Shown: positions 43,001-54,700 of the stretch, in pieces
Position numbering within the stretch: the first letter of the stretch is position 1
Layout: each line of letters starts with the position of its first letter
Origin: a virus
Strand: one strand, 5' to 3'
Virus record (IMG/VR): IMGVR_UViG_3300025424_000009
Length of the DNA stretch: 64,000 bases
The notes under the pieces: model-generated
The model's database searches: none
Seen by the model: the letters and a program-made list of their open reading frames with translations, nothing else
Told to the model about the DNA's origin: nothing
Position numbers and translations under genes: made by a program

Positions 43001-46000
43001 CCATTTTCATTTCATACCTTTCAGGTACTATATTAATGGATTTGCATTCAAATTCATACTCACCACATCTTATTTGTATTATCAAAAACATATACTTCTC
43101 TTTCATAACTTATTATTTTAATTTTTTATAAAAATGTATATATTTACCTAGCTCACTACTACAATTATAATAGCTATAACTATTCAGTATTTTTTCAAAC
43201 TGATATGATTCATTAATTACCTTCTCTTTATGTAGTTTTAATTTAGCTTCATCGTCATTAATTAAATTCTTCCTCCAATCTTCAATTGAATTGTTTGATT
43301 TGTTAACCTCCTCACTGTAGAATTCAATACAGAAGTTGTTATATCTGACATCTTCCTGAAGTTGTTCCTTATCCAGTTTGATAGGGCATATAACATACCA
43401 AGGTCCAAATGGGTATATATTAGAAGGGCTAAGATAAACTTCTTCACCACTACAGAATAGTTTCCTTGCTGCTGTTTTACTAATTTGTCTAATGGTAATG
43501 TGTTCACCGTACAATGTACCACTTGCTTTGATGTTTTTCAAATCTTTAAATTTTAAAGTAATTATTATACTCATCCTCTGTTATACTTTCTACATAGTCA
43601 ACATAAGCCTCATCACCTTCTTCCGAGAATAACCCTTTAGAGACTGCTAATTCTATTATAGCGTCTTCATCATTACTTAAATCTTCTTTAGACTCTATGC
43701 CTATTGAGTAACCAGAACCCCTTTTAAAGAAACAATGTAATTCGTAATAGTACATAACTTAATTTTTAATATTTAAAAATGAGTAATAAGGGCACTCAAC
43801 CTCTTGTATATAACTATACCATTGATCCATATGATCATTACCCCAAGGTGCATTGAAGATGTTCAATCTGTTGTAGAACAACCATTGCAGAGCTGCACTG
43901 ATAGCCCTCTCATCTCCCTCTGCTATACTATCTAGTATACCTTCTACTGTGTTAGGAATAAAAGATATAAAGCCTGATACAGAAGTGAAGTTATCTTTAA
44001 GATACTTACTAAACTCAGCTCCTTCTTCTTCAGATAGGGTGCATAAATCCTCTAGAAGATTTTCCTCAAATTCGTCTTCCACTACCAATGAGAATATCAA
44101 TCTGTCCGTGTCAAAGTTATACTCTCTTGGAGACCATATCTTATCTACTTCAATATCAAGTATTCCTAGATTCAATTGTTTTATCTCTGGAAGAACATCA
44201 TTTTCTATGAACAGTTTAGCATGTTTAAGTATCCACTCGTTATATTTGTTATGATCAAACTTGAACCAGTAGTCTTCCACATCTTCCAACCCCACCTCTT
44301 TGAAGTATCCTTCTTCATATTTCTGTTGAAGCATCCAATCATCAATGAGGTTGTCGGGACTACATATACCATGGTACATACCTACGTCCACTAATTGAAG
44401 CATGCCGGTGTTTGTTTTAATTGTCCTCATTTTCTTTTATTTTTAAATCTTCTGAATCAATATTTAACTCATCTAAAAAGAACCTAGTAAACTCAGTGAA
44501 TTCATCTACATCAGTCCCCTTTAAGATACCTATCAACCAGTCTCTGAACTTATCATCATAATCAAAACTGGTACATAGGTAATTACCATACACATCACAA
44601 TGACCTTCACAATCATTAAAAATATCTTTATCTGTAATATCTTCTATATCAGTCCTAGCTTCTTGATGTACTGCATAATAGACTGCATAAACAGGATCTA
44701 AATCCCCTACTGGAGCACTTATACTTTCAGCCAATTCAGTAACACACTCTACAGCCCAGTCTACATCTTCACCTACTTCTAAAGCTACTTCAATAGCTCT
44801 CTTGATATCTAGGCTGCCATAAGGGCAGAAGTTAACTCTGTAGTCCTCTACCAACCGTAACATTTTATCTTTCATAACTTATTTATTTTAATATTCAAAA
44901 ATACAATCTCTTAACACTTCTCCACTAGGGAGTGTGACATACTCGTCATCTAAATAACCTAGACCATTAACATCTACAGATTCTATATTATAGACTACAT
45001 TAGTCTTAGTGTTATAAAAACACTCTGTACTAATTTCAATACCACCATCCCATACTGATGTGTATGTTGCTTTAATACTCATAACTTATTTATTTTATTG
45101 TTGATAAAACTTCTTCCACTAAGATATAATCCAACCACAGACATTCTACTATCTGTTCTGCCAGACGATATCTATCATCCCCATAATACTTTTCAATATG
45201 ATGAATCTCAATTAACTCTTGGTCTTCTAGTCCCCTACCTAGAATCATCTCTAATTTGATGATATCGATATACCACTCTGCTGTATTGTCTGTCATATCT
45301 TTTCAATTTTGAATGCATCATATGTTTTACCGCTTGCAACTGTACTGAATTTATATCCCACCTTCTCGAAGATACGAGGATAACATCCCACACCTACCCC
45401 ACCTTCTAGGCAAGGGAGTATACCATACCCACATCCATATCCTAGTAAGTCCCGAAGACTATCTTTTATATTATTCTCACGTGCAATGTAAAATGGTTTA
45501 AGTACCGAGGGTATTTTATTTAAAACATCAGCTACAGCAGTACTTAGCTTGTCATAACCACAGCCAGAGATACTACCTGAACTGACTGCACCACCATAAC
45601 TATAATCACTATACCACTCAGCCTCGGCTCTAGGGTTCATACCCCACATCTTTGATTTGTGCCATTCTACCGAGATGGTACAAGAGTGTAAATCAGAGCC
45701 ATACCAAATACTCTTAACACTATCTAACTCTTTCTTCAACTCTCTATCCTTTATCTTAGTATACCTATCTTTGTAGTAAGCTCTCAGTTCAGGTAAAGAC
45801 AATTTCTTTACATCTTTGCCTCTAGGTAGTAAATGACTATACGCATAGCTACTTCTGATGACATCTTCTTCTTGACTATCAATCTGAATGTTGAATTCTT
45901 CTTTTCTTTTATTGTACTCTAACTCTAGAGCTTGTTGTATGTTTATCATAACTTAAATTTTATTTTTAATAATTTAATTTGTACATTGTTATGTCATCTG

Positions 46001-47100
46001 TTACCATCCACTGGCAGTTAGACAAATTATAATCTAACCCATTCTCAGCCTGAATATAATCTTCCACATCATAACCACCCCATTCATCTTTAAAATCTTC
46101 TGAGATGTTACCTAGATACAATACATCCACCCTTGATGTTTCAAAGTTTAAAACTACTGCATACTTATCTTTCATAACTTTATTTATTATTTTCTTTATC
46201 TTTTATCCAAACCGTTACATAACCTCCCATACCACCTATTGACATAGTGTTATAGTCGAATATCACTATCTTATCTTTTAGCTCATCATACCTTTCTGTC
46301 AACTTCTTAAAGAAGTATTTAGGGTCAGAGTAAGTACTATATCCATGACCTACCTGCACACCATCCATACCATCTAGTATCTCGAAGCCGGCATCCTCTA
46401 ACTCACTCTTACCGAAGAATGAGCCAGGAATAGTCTCAGTTCTTAGTACTTCATCTAGGTCAACACCACTTTCAAACATCTGCTCCTCATAGCACTTAGT
46501 ACAAATCTGTTCACACTCGTTGATGATTCTATATTGCGTGTGCCAACCATTTCTAGGATTCTGTTCACAAATAGTTCTACTACAACACTCACAGTAAAAG
46601 TACCTAAAGTCCTTGCTATATACACTACCCTCCATACAATCAAATGCATGTCTACAACTGAATTTATAGTCATTTGGAATGTTGTCGAAGGGAGTATCAT
46701 ACATATCAGGTTCAATCATATTTTCACTGAAACATATAATCTCAAACTCACTACACTTATTAGTATCCATACTATCAGGTAACATAGGAAGTTCAATCTC
46801 TTTCTCTCTGATAAATAACTCTAGTTGCTTTCCTATTTCCTTAGCTTCCTTTTCTGTATAGGCATCTATCAGCTTCAGAGTAAAAGTGGTTCCTTTATCA
46901 TAATCCCAACTCTTTTTGTTCCACTTTTCTGTAAGTAGCTCTAATGCTTCTTCATCTGTTTCGTATTCCCAATCATCGATTAATTCATTTTCTAGATTCT
47001 CTACGAAAGGTAACAACATAACCTCTTCATCATAGTGGCGAGGTGTTAGCGTAAACTGCAAAACTTTTTTAGACATATACTTTCTGTTTATTTTTATTAA

Positions 47101-47124
47101 AAAAGCCGAACTTAAAGCCGGCTA
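47101..47124 (-). terminator. Intrinsic terminator
   Basis: Minus strand AGCCG-GCTTTAAGTT-CGGCT followed by a T tract. Confidence 0.7.
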
Positions 47125-47150
47125 TATTTTTACAGGTCGAAGCCTTTTTC

Positions 47151-47170
47151 CACGAAAGACAAGAGTGTTA
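47151..47170 (-). promoter_or_regulatory. Conserved intergenic motif, copy 2
   Basis: Plus strand CACGAAAGACAAGAGTGTTA. Confidence 0.6.
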
Positions 47171-47899
47171 TTCAATAGCCCAGTTGCTGTAGTCATCTAC
47201 GTCTAAATACCAATCACTAGGTTCGAGTACCAGGTCTTCAAACTCTTTTACAGCTAACTCCTCGGAGTCAGCTAGTAAGGTTAACTTCGCATACGTCTTG
47301 TGTATAAATGTGTAAGTTGACATGCTATTTGTTTTTGCTGTTTAAAAATTCTTCTAATGTATCGTGGTAATAAAATACTTCATTCCACCTAACACCTTCA
47401 TACTCCTTCTGAAACTCATCTGTAAGTTCCTCAGCTAGTTCATACAGTCCCCCTCTACCATATTCATATTCTCGCTTGTAAGGCAAAGAGTCTTCATGAT
47501 TTAGTTGCTCATTTATCCAGCTAACTACCTCGAAGTGTGTTTCAATCCAGTCGGTATCTTTTGTCATAACTTATTATTATTTAATTTTTACTGAACCATT
47601 TACCTTCCTCGTTCTGATATATGTAACCTGCAATCTCTAATGCTTCCACAGCTAATGAACCTGCCTCATCATAATTAAGAGGATCATCCTGCCAAGCTCT
47701 CTGAGCTAAGTCTTTGTCATTTAGTAGATAAAAGATGTATTTATTCCATTCGGTGCGTACATCTTCATTTTCTACCCACACATCAACCCAGGCCTCTATA
47801 TCTCCATCTTTGATTAGTACGGCATCTTTTTCATATTTTAAAACTTTCATGTTTATTTATTTTATTTACTAAATTCGAAAACTATTTTTAAATCAGTGT

Positions 47900-49220
47900 A
47901 ACATTTGTTTATATTTATTAATATAGGGGTAGTCCTAAGTACGTGCAGGTACTAGCTACATTAAAACCTTAAAGACATTAAATGCAATCCAAGTAAGCTC
48001 TACACAGCCGAAAGGGTTGCTTTATTATTTTAAATGCTAAAAGCCTACAAATATAGAATGTATCCCAACAAGACTCAAGAGATTCTTTTAAATAAGACTT
48101 TTGGGTGTTGTAGGTATTTCTGGAATAATTGTGTAGCTACTTTCAATAGTTATGATAAAGAAACTAATCCTCAACCTACTTTCAAAACTGTTAAGCAGTT
48201 ACGTGATGAGACAGGTTGGATGAAAGAAGTTTCTCATGATTCTGTAGCATCTAAAAGACTAGACTTTGAAGAATTTAAAAAACAATTCTTTAAACCTAAT
48301 CCTAAAAACAAACTAGGTAGACCTAAATTCAAAAAGAAAGGTGAAGGTCAATCTTTCAGATTAGATAAGCAGTATGTAAAGATAAAAGGTAACCTTACTC
48401 ATATTAGTAAGATAGGATGGGTTAAGTTTGTAGAACACAATCCTTTACCACCTAATTCACAAATAAGAAATGCTACCTATAGTAAAGACTCATTAGGTCA
48501 TTATTACATATCCATTCTAGTAGAAACAGAAGTAAAACATTTTGAAAAAACTAATAAATCCGTTGGGATAGATGTAGGACTAAAAGAATTCGCTACACTA
48601 TCTGATGGTACAGTTATACATAACCCAAAGTACTTTAGAGAGAACCAATCTAAATTAAAGAGGGCTCAACAACATTTAAGTAGAAAGAAGAAAGGTAGTA
48701 AAAGATATAAGAAGCAAAAGTTAAAAGTAGCTAAAGTTAACAAGGAGATCCAAAGACAACGTGAGTTATTCTTACACACTACCTCACTTAACATTGTAAA
48801 GAACTATGATGTAATATCTATAGAAACTTTGAATGTAAGTGGTATGGTGAAGAATAAGAAGCTATCTAAATCTATTAGTGATGTCTCCTGGTCTAGCTTC
48901 TTCTCCATGCTAAAATACAAAGCTGAATGGTACGGTAAAGAAGTAGTTCAAATCAATAGATGGGAACCTACTTCTAAGACCTGTAGTAGTTGTGGCTACT
49001 ACAATAAAAACCTCACTCTCAGCATTAGAGAGTGGGATTGTCCTGAATGTAACACTCATCACAACCGTGATTTAAATGCATCACTAAATATTCAAGCACT
49101 AGGAGTTTCTAGTGCTCAACGTACACTGAGAGAATGTAAGACTCCACTTGTGGAGCAAGCCTCGTTGAAGTGTATAAAGCATCAGTAGAGTAATCTACTA
49201 CAGCTTATAATTACGTTACG
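47900..49220 (+). mobile_element. tnpB-only IS200/IS605-type element inserted against the local gene orientation (ends approximate)
   Basis: Structured 5' region (AGTAC-GTGCAG-GTACT, GCAATCC..GGGTTGC), tnpB, omegaRNA scaffold; no tnpA in the window. Confidence 0.75.
48034..49188 (+). CDS. tnpB: RNA-guided endonuclease TnpB (IS200/IS605 OrfB)
   Basis: N-terminal KAYKYRMYP..Q...FGCCRYFWN; RuvC-I GIDVG, RuvC-II IETL, Zn finger CSSC/CPEC, RuvC-III HNRDLNAS; catalytic D-E-D intact. Confidence 0.95.
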   Translation: MLKAYKYRMYPNKTQEILLNKTFGCCRYFWNNCVATFNSYDKETNPQPTFKTVKQLRDETGWMKEVSHDSVASKRLDFEEFKKQFFKPNPKNKLGRPKFKKKGEGQSFRLDKQYVKIKGNLTHISKIGWVKFVEHNPLPPNSQIRNATYSKDSLGHYYISILVETEVKHFEKTNKSVGIDVGLKEFATLSDGTVIHNPKYFRENQSKLKRAQQHLSRKKKGSKRYKKQKLKVAKVNKEIQRQRELFLHTTSLNIVKNYDVISIETLNVSGMVKNKKLSKSISDVSWSSFFSMLKYKAEWYGKEVVQINRWEPTSKTCSSCGYYNKNLTLSIREWDCPECNTHHNRDLNASLNIQALGVSSAQRTLRECKTPLVEQASLKCIKHQ

Positions 49221-49240
49221 GGAATTTTCCAAATTCTTTT
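49095..49240 (+). ncRNA. omegaRNA (reRNA) overlapping the tnpB 3' end, with a putative guide from the flank
   Basis: Hairpins AGCACTAG-GAGTTT-CTAGTGCT and CTCCAC-TT-GTGGAG; TACAC/GTGTA and GAG/CTC pairings; subterminal AGTAG-AGTAAT-CTACT. Confidence 0.7.
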
Positions 49241-49246
49241 AGACAT
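49211..49246 (-). pseudogene. Gene start truncated by the tnpB element (MSKRIWKIPVT*)
   Basis: Begins with the genome's standard TAAGTTATG junction and runs into the element's right end after 11 codons. Confidence 0.55.
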
Positions 49247-49249
49247 AAC

Positions 49250-49971
49250 TTAATTATTTAAAACGTTATAAATGCAATTCTCCACAACCAAATTCCATGT
49301 GGCTGTAGGATCATTCTCCTGCTCATCTGGATACATATCTATCACCTCTCTTATATTATCATAACTAAGGAATAGATTGAGGTTATCGGCTACTTTTAAA
49401 ACATCTTCTACTGAAATCATAACTTATATTTTTATTTAAAACAATTAGCATTATCTTCGTATAACTTTTTAATGTCTCTTTTAAAGAAATAATCATTCTT
49501 ACAATATTCTTCTATAGAATTGGACCGAGAAGGGTATATAGTGTCGTCACTATATTTAGGAGTAAAGTTTAGTATCTCACTGCTATAGACACCAAGACCC
49601 CCTTCGGTCCTGTCGTAACAAGGTTTAACTTTTATAGTATGAGGTCTATTTGTAACACCGAACCTATGTGTTATGTGCAGTTCATACCAAAACTTATCAG
49701 CGATTGTTTCCCTAGTCCACTCTACCTCCAGATTCAAATCCCAAAGGTCTGTGGCAAGTCTGTCTCTCATATCTTGTACCTTATGCTGTAAAACAGCATT
49801 TATTTGTTTATTACGCATATCAGCATAAGTAATACGTTCTTGTTTTTTCTGATACTCATTTATGATAGCACTTGTATCTACAAGACTACTTTGATTACTT
49901 ACAGGCTTGTTAAGCGTTTCAAACTGATCTTTGATTGAGTCAATTATTGACTGTTGTTCTTCTGTTAACAT
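49250..49971 (-). other. Two hypothetical CDSs (49250-49420, 56 aa, not in the ORF track; 49432-49971)
   Basis: Manual translation and ORF track. Confidence 0.65.
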
Positions 49972-50254
49972 AACTTATTAATTTAAATGTAAATTTGAAA
50001 TATCCAATGTACTATTAGTACAGCTATCAGTATGAATAAAATTATATACCACATTGTGTAAAATGATTCTGAACTGGAATCTAGTTTATTCTTCTTCCTC
50101 ATCTGAGTAACTTTTTACATCTTCTTGGAATTGTATAAGACTATAATCTTCATTTATTATCTCAAGGAGGAGACTCACTAAATAGGTAGAGTTCATATTA
50201 TCACTGCCTATCCACTGCTCTAAGGTACTTCTTTTAATATACATAATATTTAAT

Positions 50255-50608
50255 TTAAAATGTTTTAATTATATTTCCAGGTAAGTCGGGTATGATACCC
50301 TCCATATCTTCAAGTGTGAATCCTGCTATACCTGTCCCAATAGGGGTGAGGTAGAAGGTAAGATGTGGATTATTCTTTGCGTACATCACCAAGAAGTGTA
50401 GCTCATTATTAATGTAAAACAAGGGTAATTTCTTCATCATTCTATCTAAAGTAGGTAGAGCATAGCTCTGACCAAAGTGACCTACACCCTCTCCCCACAC
50501 TGCTCCAAACTTATTAAAAGCTAATTTGGCAGCACCACCGTAGTGGTGTCCGTTTAAATTACTACCAAACACAAATATTTCATTTTCCTTCAATTCTGTT
50601 ATCAACAT
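50255..50608 (-). CDS. Conserved phage protein, A1S_2505-like (macrodomain-like fold suspected)
   Basis: IFVFGSNL.G.H.GGAA..A...FGA.WG.G.G..GQSYALPT...FYLTPIGTGIAG. Confidence 0.75.
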   Translation of the reverse strand: MLITELKENEIFVFGSNLNGHHYGGAAKLAFNKFGAVWGEGVGHFGQSYALPTLDRMMKKLPLFYINNELHFLVMYAKNNPHLTFYLTPIGTGIAGFTLEDMEGIIPDLPGNIIKTF

Positions 50609-50609
50609 G

Positions 50610-51710
50610 TTAGGTATGTTTTATTCCAGTAATGTCTTCAAATATTTCGGCATCGAAGTTAGGTAGAGTTAAGAATACATTCTTATTTTCTTCTGAAAGA
50701 TTATTCCACATATTACTCCAAGCTTCTTTTAATGAAATTATTTTCAAAAATCCTTCTGTAGTTTCATATTTAGGATGAGCAACTTTCTCTTCATTTGTCA
50801 TAATACTCATTGGCACCCAAATAGTAGTATCTAAGAATTTACTCATAATACTAACAGCAGGATGTCGTTCCCATTCAACCACTGAGATACTAGTAGGTTT
50901 ATTAAAGAGGTATAGGATAGGTGATTTATCGTTAGAAAAGGCACCTGAATTCCTATAACCTGAATTACTATCACCTGAATTCCTATCACCTGAATTCCAA
51001 TCACCTGAATTCCTATTACCTGAATTCCTATAACCTGAATTACTATCACCTGAATTCCTATCACCTGAATTCCAATCACCTGAATTCCTATTACCTGAAT
51101 TACTATCACCTGAATTCCAATCACCTGAATTCCTATCACCTGAATTCCAATCACCTGAATTCCTATTACCTGAATTACTATCACCTGAATTCCAATCACC
51201 TGAATTACTATCACCTGAATTCCAATCACCTGAATTCCTATTACCTGAATTACTATTACCTGAATTACTATCACCTGAATTCCAATCACCTGAATTACTA
51301 TCACCTGAATTCCAATCACCTGAATTCCTATTACCTGAATTCCTATTACCTGAATTCCTATTACCTGAATTCGAATGTCCAGTATTATTCATACCTTCAT
51401 TAGCTACAAGTAATACTTCTTGCCAATCTAAAATTCTTATTATTCTCAGAATGTTTGTACAAGCTTTACTATCATCACCCTTGAACCGTACATCACCTAA
51501 AGCTTCAACCTCACACACTATATTCTCAGGAGTGAAGTAATAGTAATTAAAGCAATCAGAAGCTTTAAGACAGAAGTGAAAACCTGATGAACATATTTTT
51601 AATTCACCTTTATGTTCAAATGTTTCATTAACTTTGAACTGATAACCATTACATGTAAAGTCAGGATTAAATACTTTGTAACCCTTTACTACTTTTGTTT
51701 CTTCTTTCAT
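50610..51710 (-). CDS. Phage protein with 29 NSGxx pentapeptide repeats
   Basis: N-terminal GYKVF..DFTC.GYQF...CSSGFHFC domain, central (NSG[D/N/Y][W/R/S])n, C-terminal LPNFDAEIF..ITGI. Confidence 0.85.
   Translation of the reverse strand: MKEETKVVKGYKVFNPDFTCNGYQFKVNETFEHKGELKICSSGFHFCLKASDCFNYYYFTPENIVCEVEALGDVRFKGDDSKACTNILRIIRILDWQEVLLVANEGMNNTGHSNSGNRNSGNRNSGNRNSGDWNSGDSNSGDWNSGDSNSGNSNSGNRNSGDWNSGDSNSGDWNSGDSNSGNRNSGDWNSGDRNSGDWNSGDSNSGNRNSGDWNSGDRNSGDSNSGYRNSGNRNSGDWNSGDRNSGDSNSGYRNSGAFSNDKSPILYLFNKPTSISVVEWERHPAVSIMSKFLDTTIWVPMSIMTNEEKVAHPKYETTEGFLKIISLKEAWSNMWNNLSEENKNVFLTLPNFDAEIFEDITGIKHT
50942..51372. repeat. Coding tandem repeat, about 29 x 15 bp
   Basis: Invariant core ACCTGAATT on the + strand with variable 6-nt linkers. 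Confidence 0.95.
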
Positions 51711-54700
51711 TTGTTTATTATATTTTAATTTCCAAAAAATGCATTACTTTTTTCTTCATCTTCAAGGAAGGAAATAGGTACGGCCCATACCCCTCCCTCT
51801 GCAAACATTATCTGAAACTCAACTCCATACTTATCTTTGAGAGTTAAGTCCATCATATCATCTACAGCTTCATGGTGCCACTCGTGGTCTGGACCAGCTT
51901 CTATTGCTTGTATATCATATTCAGACAACTGAGCTTGTATTTGTTCCTTTACGTAATCCATTAGGTATCCATAAGCATACTGCCCCATATAGATACCGTG
52001 ATGGTCATCTACGAGTAGTTCAGGTTCGGTGAATGAATGTTTCATAACTTTACTATTTAATATTTGAGATAGGGTAAGCTGTCAGTATAGAATCTTTATC
52101 TATTTTAGCAATTAAACAAGGAACATCATACTCATCATATTGTGTTTCTTCATTTACTATTACCTTATTACTAGCAGCCTCTAAGGCATTTTCCACATGC
52201 ATCTTAGCAAATTCAATTGCAAACTCTTTTGCCCATTTAGGTAGTACCCCATCTTGAGTATTCAATCTCTCAAATAATTCTTCTGCTGTTATCATCTTAT
52301 TTAATTTTAAGTTTATCTAAAAATTCTATTACATCTTCAAAGGTTTTAGGTTCATTGTAAGTAGCAAACCCTCTCAAAGCAACTACTTTAGGTGTAGCTT
52401 CAAAGTAAGTAGTACATATATCTACACCACATACCTTGTCATCTCTATTAAGTTCTATAGTTAGAGTCCACATAGAAGCATCTGGCCATCCAAAGGTATT
52501 GATACCTCCATCTTGGTAAAGCTTAGAAAAGGACTTCAGACCTTTGTGGTAACCTAGTCTATTAGCTATTTCTGTTAATTGTTTGATCATGACTTATTAT
52601 ATTTATTGTTATGTAGATATCCACCTGTCATACTTAGACCATTATCTAATGTGACTAAAGCTTTTGAATGTACGTTTTTCCAATCAATGGATTTAACTAA
52701 CCTTTTACCTTTTCTACTTATACCTATTATTCTTATTTCAGTAACAGTATTTTTAAAAGGGTACTCTGTCATATTAACTCCTATCTTGTTTTCACGCCAC
52801 CAAACTAAGTCACCTACTTTTAATCTTCTCATAACTTTAAATTTTATTTTGTACCCACCCATACCGTTGTTCCAACTTAGCCTTGGCCACATTGTATCCA
52901 AGTGTACCTATAGTCTGCCAGAGTCTGTTAGCCAGTTCCCTATCTATCACTTCAAAGGAGATGTAGCAGTATCCTCCCCAGTAATGGACGTTTAGATAGG
53001 CAACACCAGGTTCATATTTTATACCCTTGAATCTTACCTTGGCTGTGTATACTGTAAGACTTCCTATTGTAATTTCAGAGAAGCCATATGTTTGAGTTTG
53101 TTTGATATAATTCATCATCTGTACATTTATTTGTGATGTTCACGAAACGTGAACGTTAATATTTTATGAACGTTAATCTATAAAAAATGTTCCACAGCTA
53201 GGGCACTTACTTCCACAAGGAAATTCATTTATATAAACCATATTCCTATGGCGAGAGTAATTCATGTCACCAAATGTACAACTTTTTTCTTCTATGAACA
53301 CCTTATCCAATCTTTCCTCTCTTTCCATATGAGCATTCATACTAGATACAGGTAATTCAGCTACAGGTTCACTGACTTCAAACTCATACACAGTAGTGCT
53401 ACACCATCCATCACACATTCCAGCTATGTCATAAGACCAGGAATATGAAACACACTTGTCTATAAATACATTCTCCTTGTTAAAAGGGAGATTGAAATCC
53501 ATTTTGAAATCTGTAATATCTCCACTACCATTACTGGAATTAATAACACCTATATGAACATTACCTCTAAATCTTATATGAGTAATATTCTTTTCGTCTA
53601 GGTCTAGAAAATCATCTATGTCACCCTCGAAGTAAATATGAAGTGAACCTCCATAAGATGCTTGATAAAGCATATTGTCAATCAGCTTGTCATAGTCACT
53701 ATTTGTTATAGATAATAATTTCTTTATCTTGATACGTTCCAGTCTATAACCTGCTTCAGATGTACCCCATGCTGAATCTACATAATGACCTGTATCATAG
53801 AACATAACAGGATTTGATGTATTAAGTATAAGGTCTTTCATTATAGTACTATCGTCTCTCTCCCAGAGCACATCCTGAATCCTATCTTCATACTCTTCCA
53901 TGATATAGTCAGCATCTTCTATATCCCATTTAGACTCTATGTCAGACTTTAATTCTTTCTTGTACTCATCATTGGCATAGTAGTCATCTATAAACCATCC
54001 ATCTACTATTTCATATAGTAAGTCAACACACCCTTTGTGTATACATTTTTGAACAGTTTTTAAGTTGCTGTCTAGACTATCTCTATAATCTACATAGTGC
54101 AGAGTTACTCTTTTAGGTATCAACTCTTTTACTTCTTCCCAACTAGGCATCTTTAACTCTAGGGTTACTGCCGGTATTTCTTTTGTGATAATTTCCATAA
54201 CCTGTATGTTTATTTTATTAATGATTAAAATCTTTTCTTAACTGACATAATTAAATTTCTTATATCAACACTATGTTTATAAGCCCATACCCTATCTCTC
54301 CATAAAGGTCTCAACCTTTTGTAAGGTATTAAACTCATTTGTTTCCATTCAGATTCTCTAAGAGAAGGTAATAAATTCCATTCAATCAAGTCACAATAGT
54401 GTATCAATTTATCTTCTTTATGTGTAGCCCATACACCATTCAAATGATAATAAATCTTCCTTTTGCCTTTACCAGATACAATCCAATATGTACCATTTCT
54501 AATAGCACATATAGGTATATCTTCAGGCCTTTCACAAGGAGTTAAAAAACTATACTCTATTGGCCATTTACCAGTAGGTTCTAGTTCACCCCAGTCTACC
54601 ATACTTTGTAAGTGCCCTGCATCAGGTGTAAATTTTATATTTGACATAACTAATGTATTAATTAATACTGATCAAATTCTTTCTTAGCCTTCTCATATTC

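Larger units (their letters stand above)
37061..47850 (-). other. Dense array of about 30 small acidic hypothetical CDSs (early/host-takeover-like), including unlisted short ORF 47168-47323 (51 aa)
   Basis: Head-to-tail ORFs with short AT-rich gaps; many begin with TAAGTTATG. Confidence 0.75.

Noticed and set aside
50843-51319. Alternative-frame ORF made of IGIQV repeats
   Set aside because: By-product of the 15-bp repeat lacking stops in a second frame
50942-51372. CRISPR array or diversity-generating retroelement
   Set aside because: 15-bp period with 6-nt variable parts, fully in frame inside a protein; no spacers, cas genes or reverse transcriptase in the window
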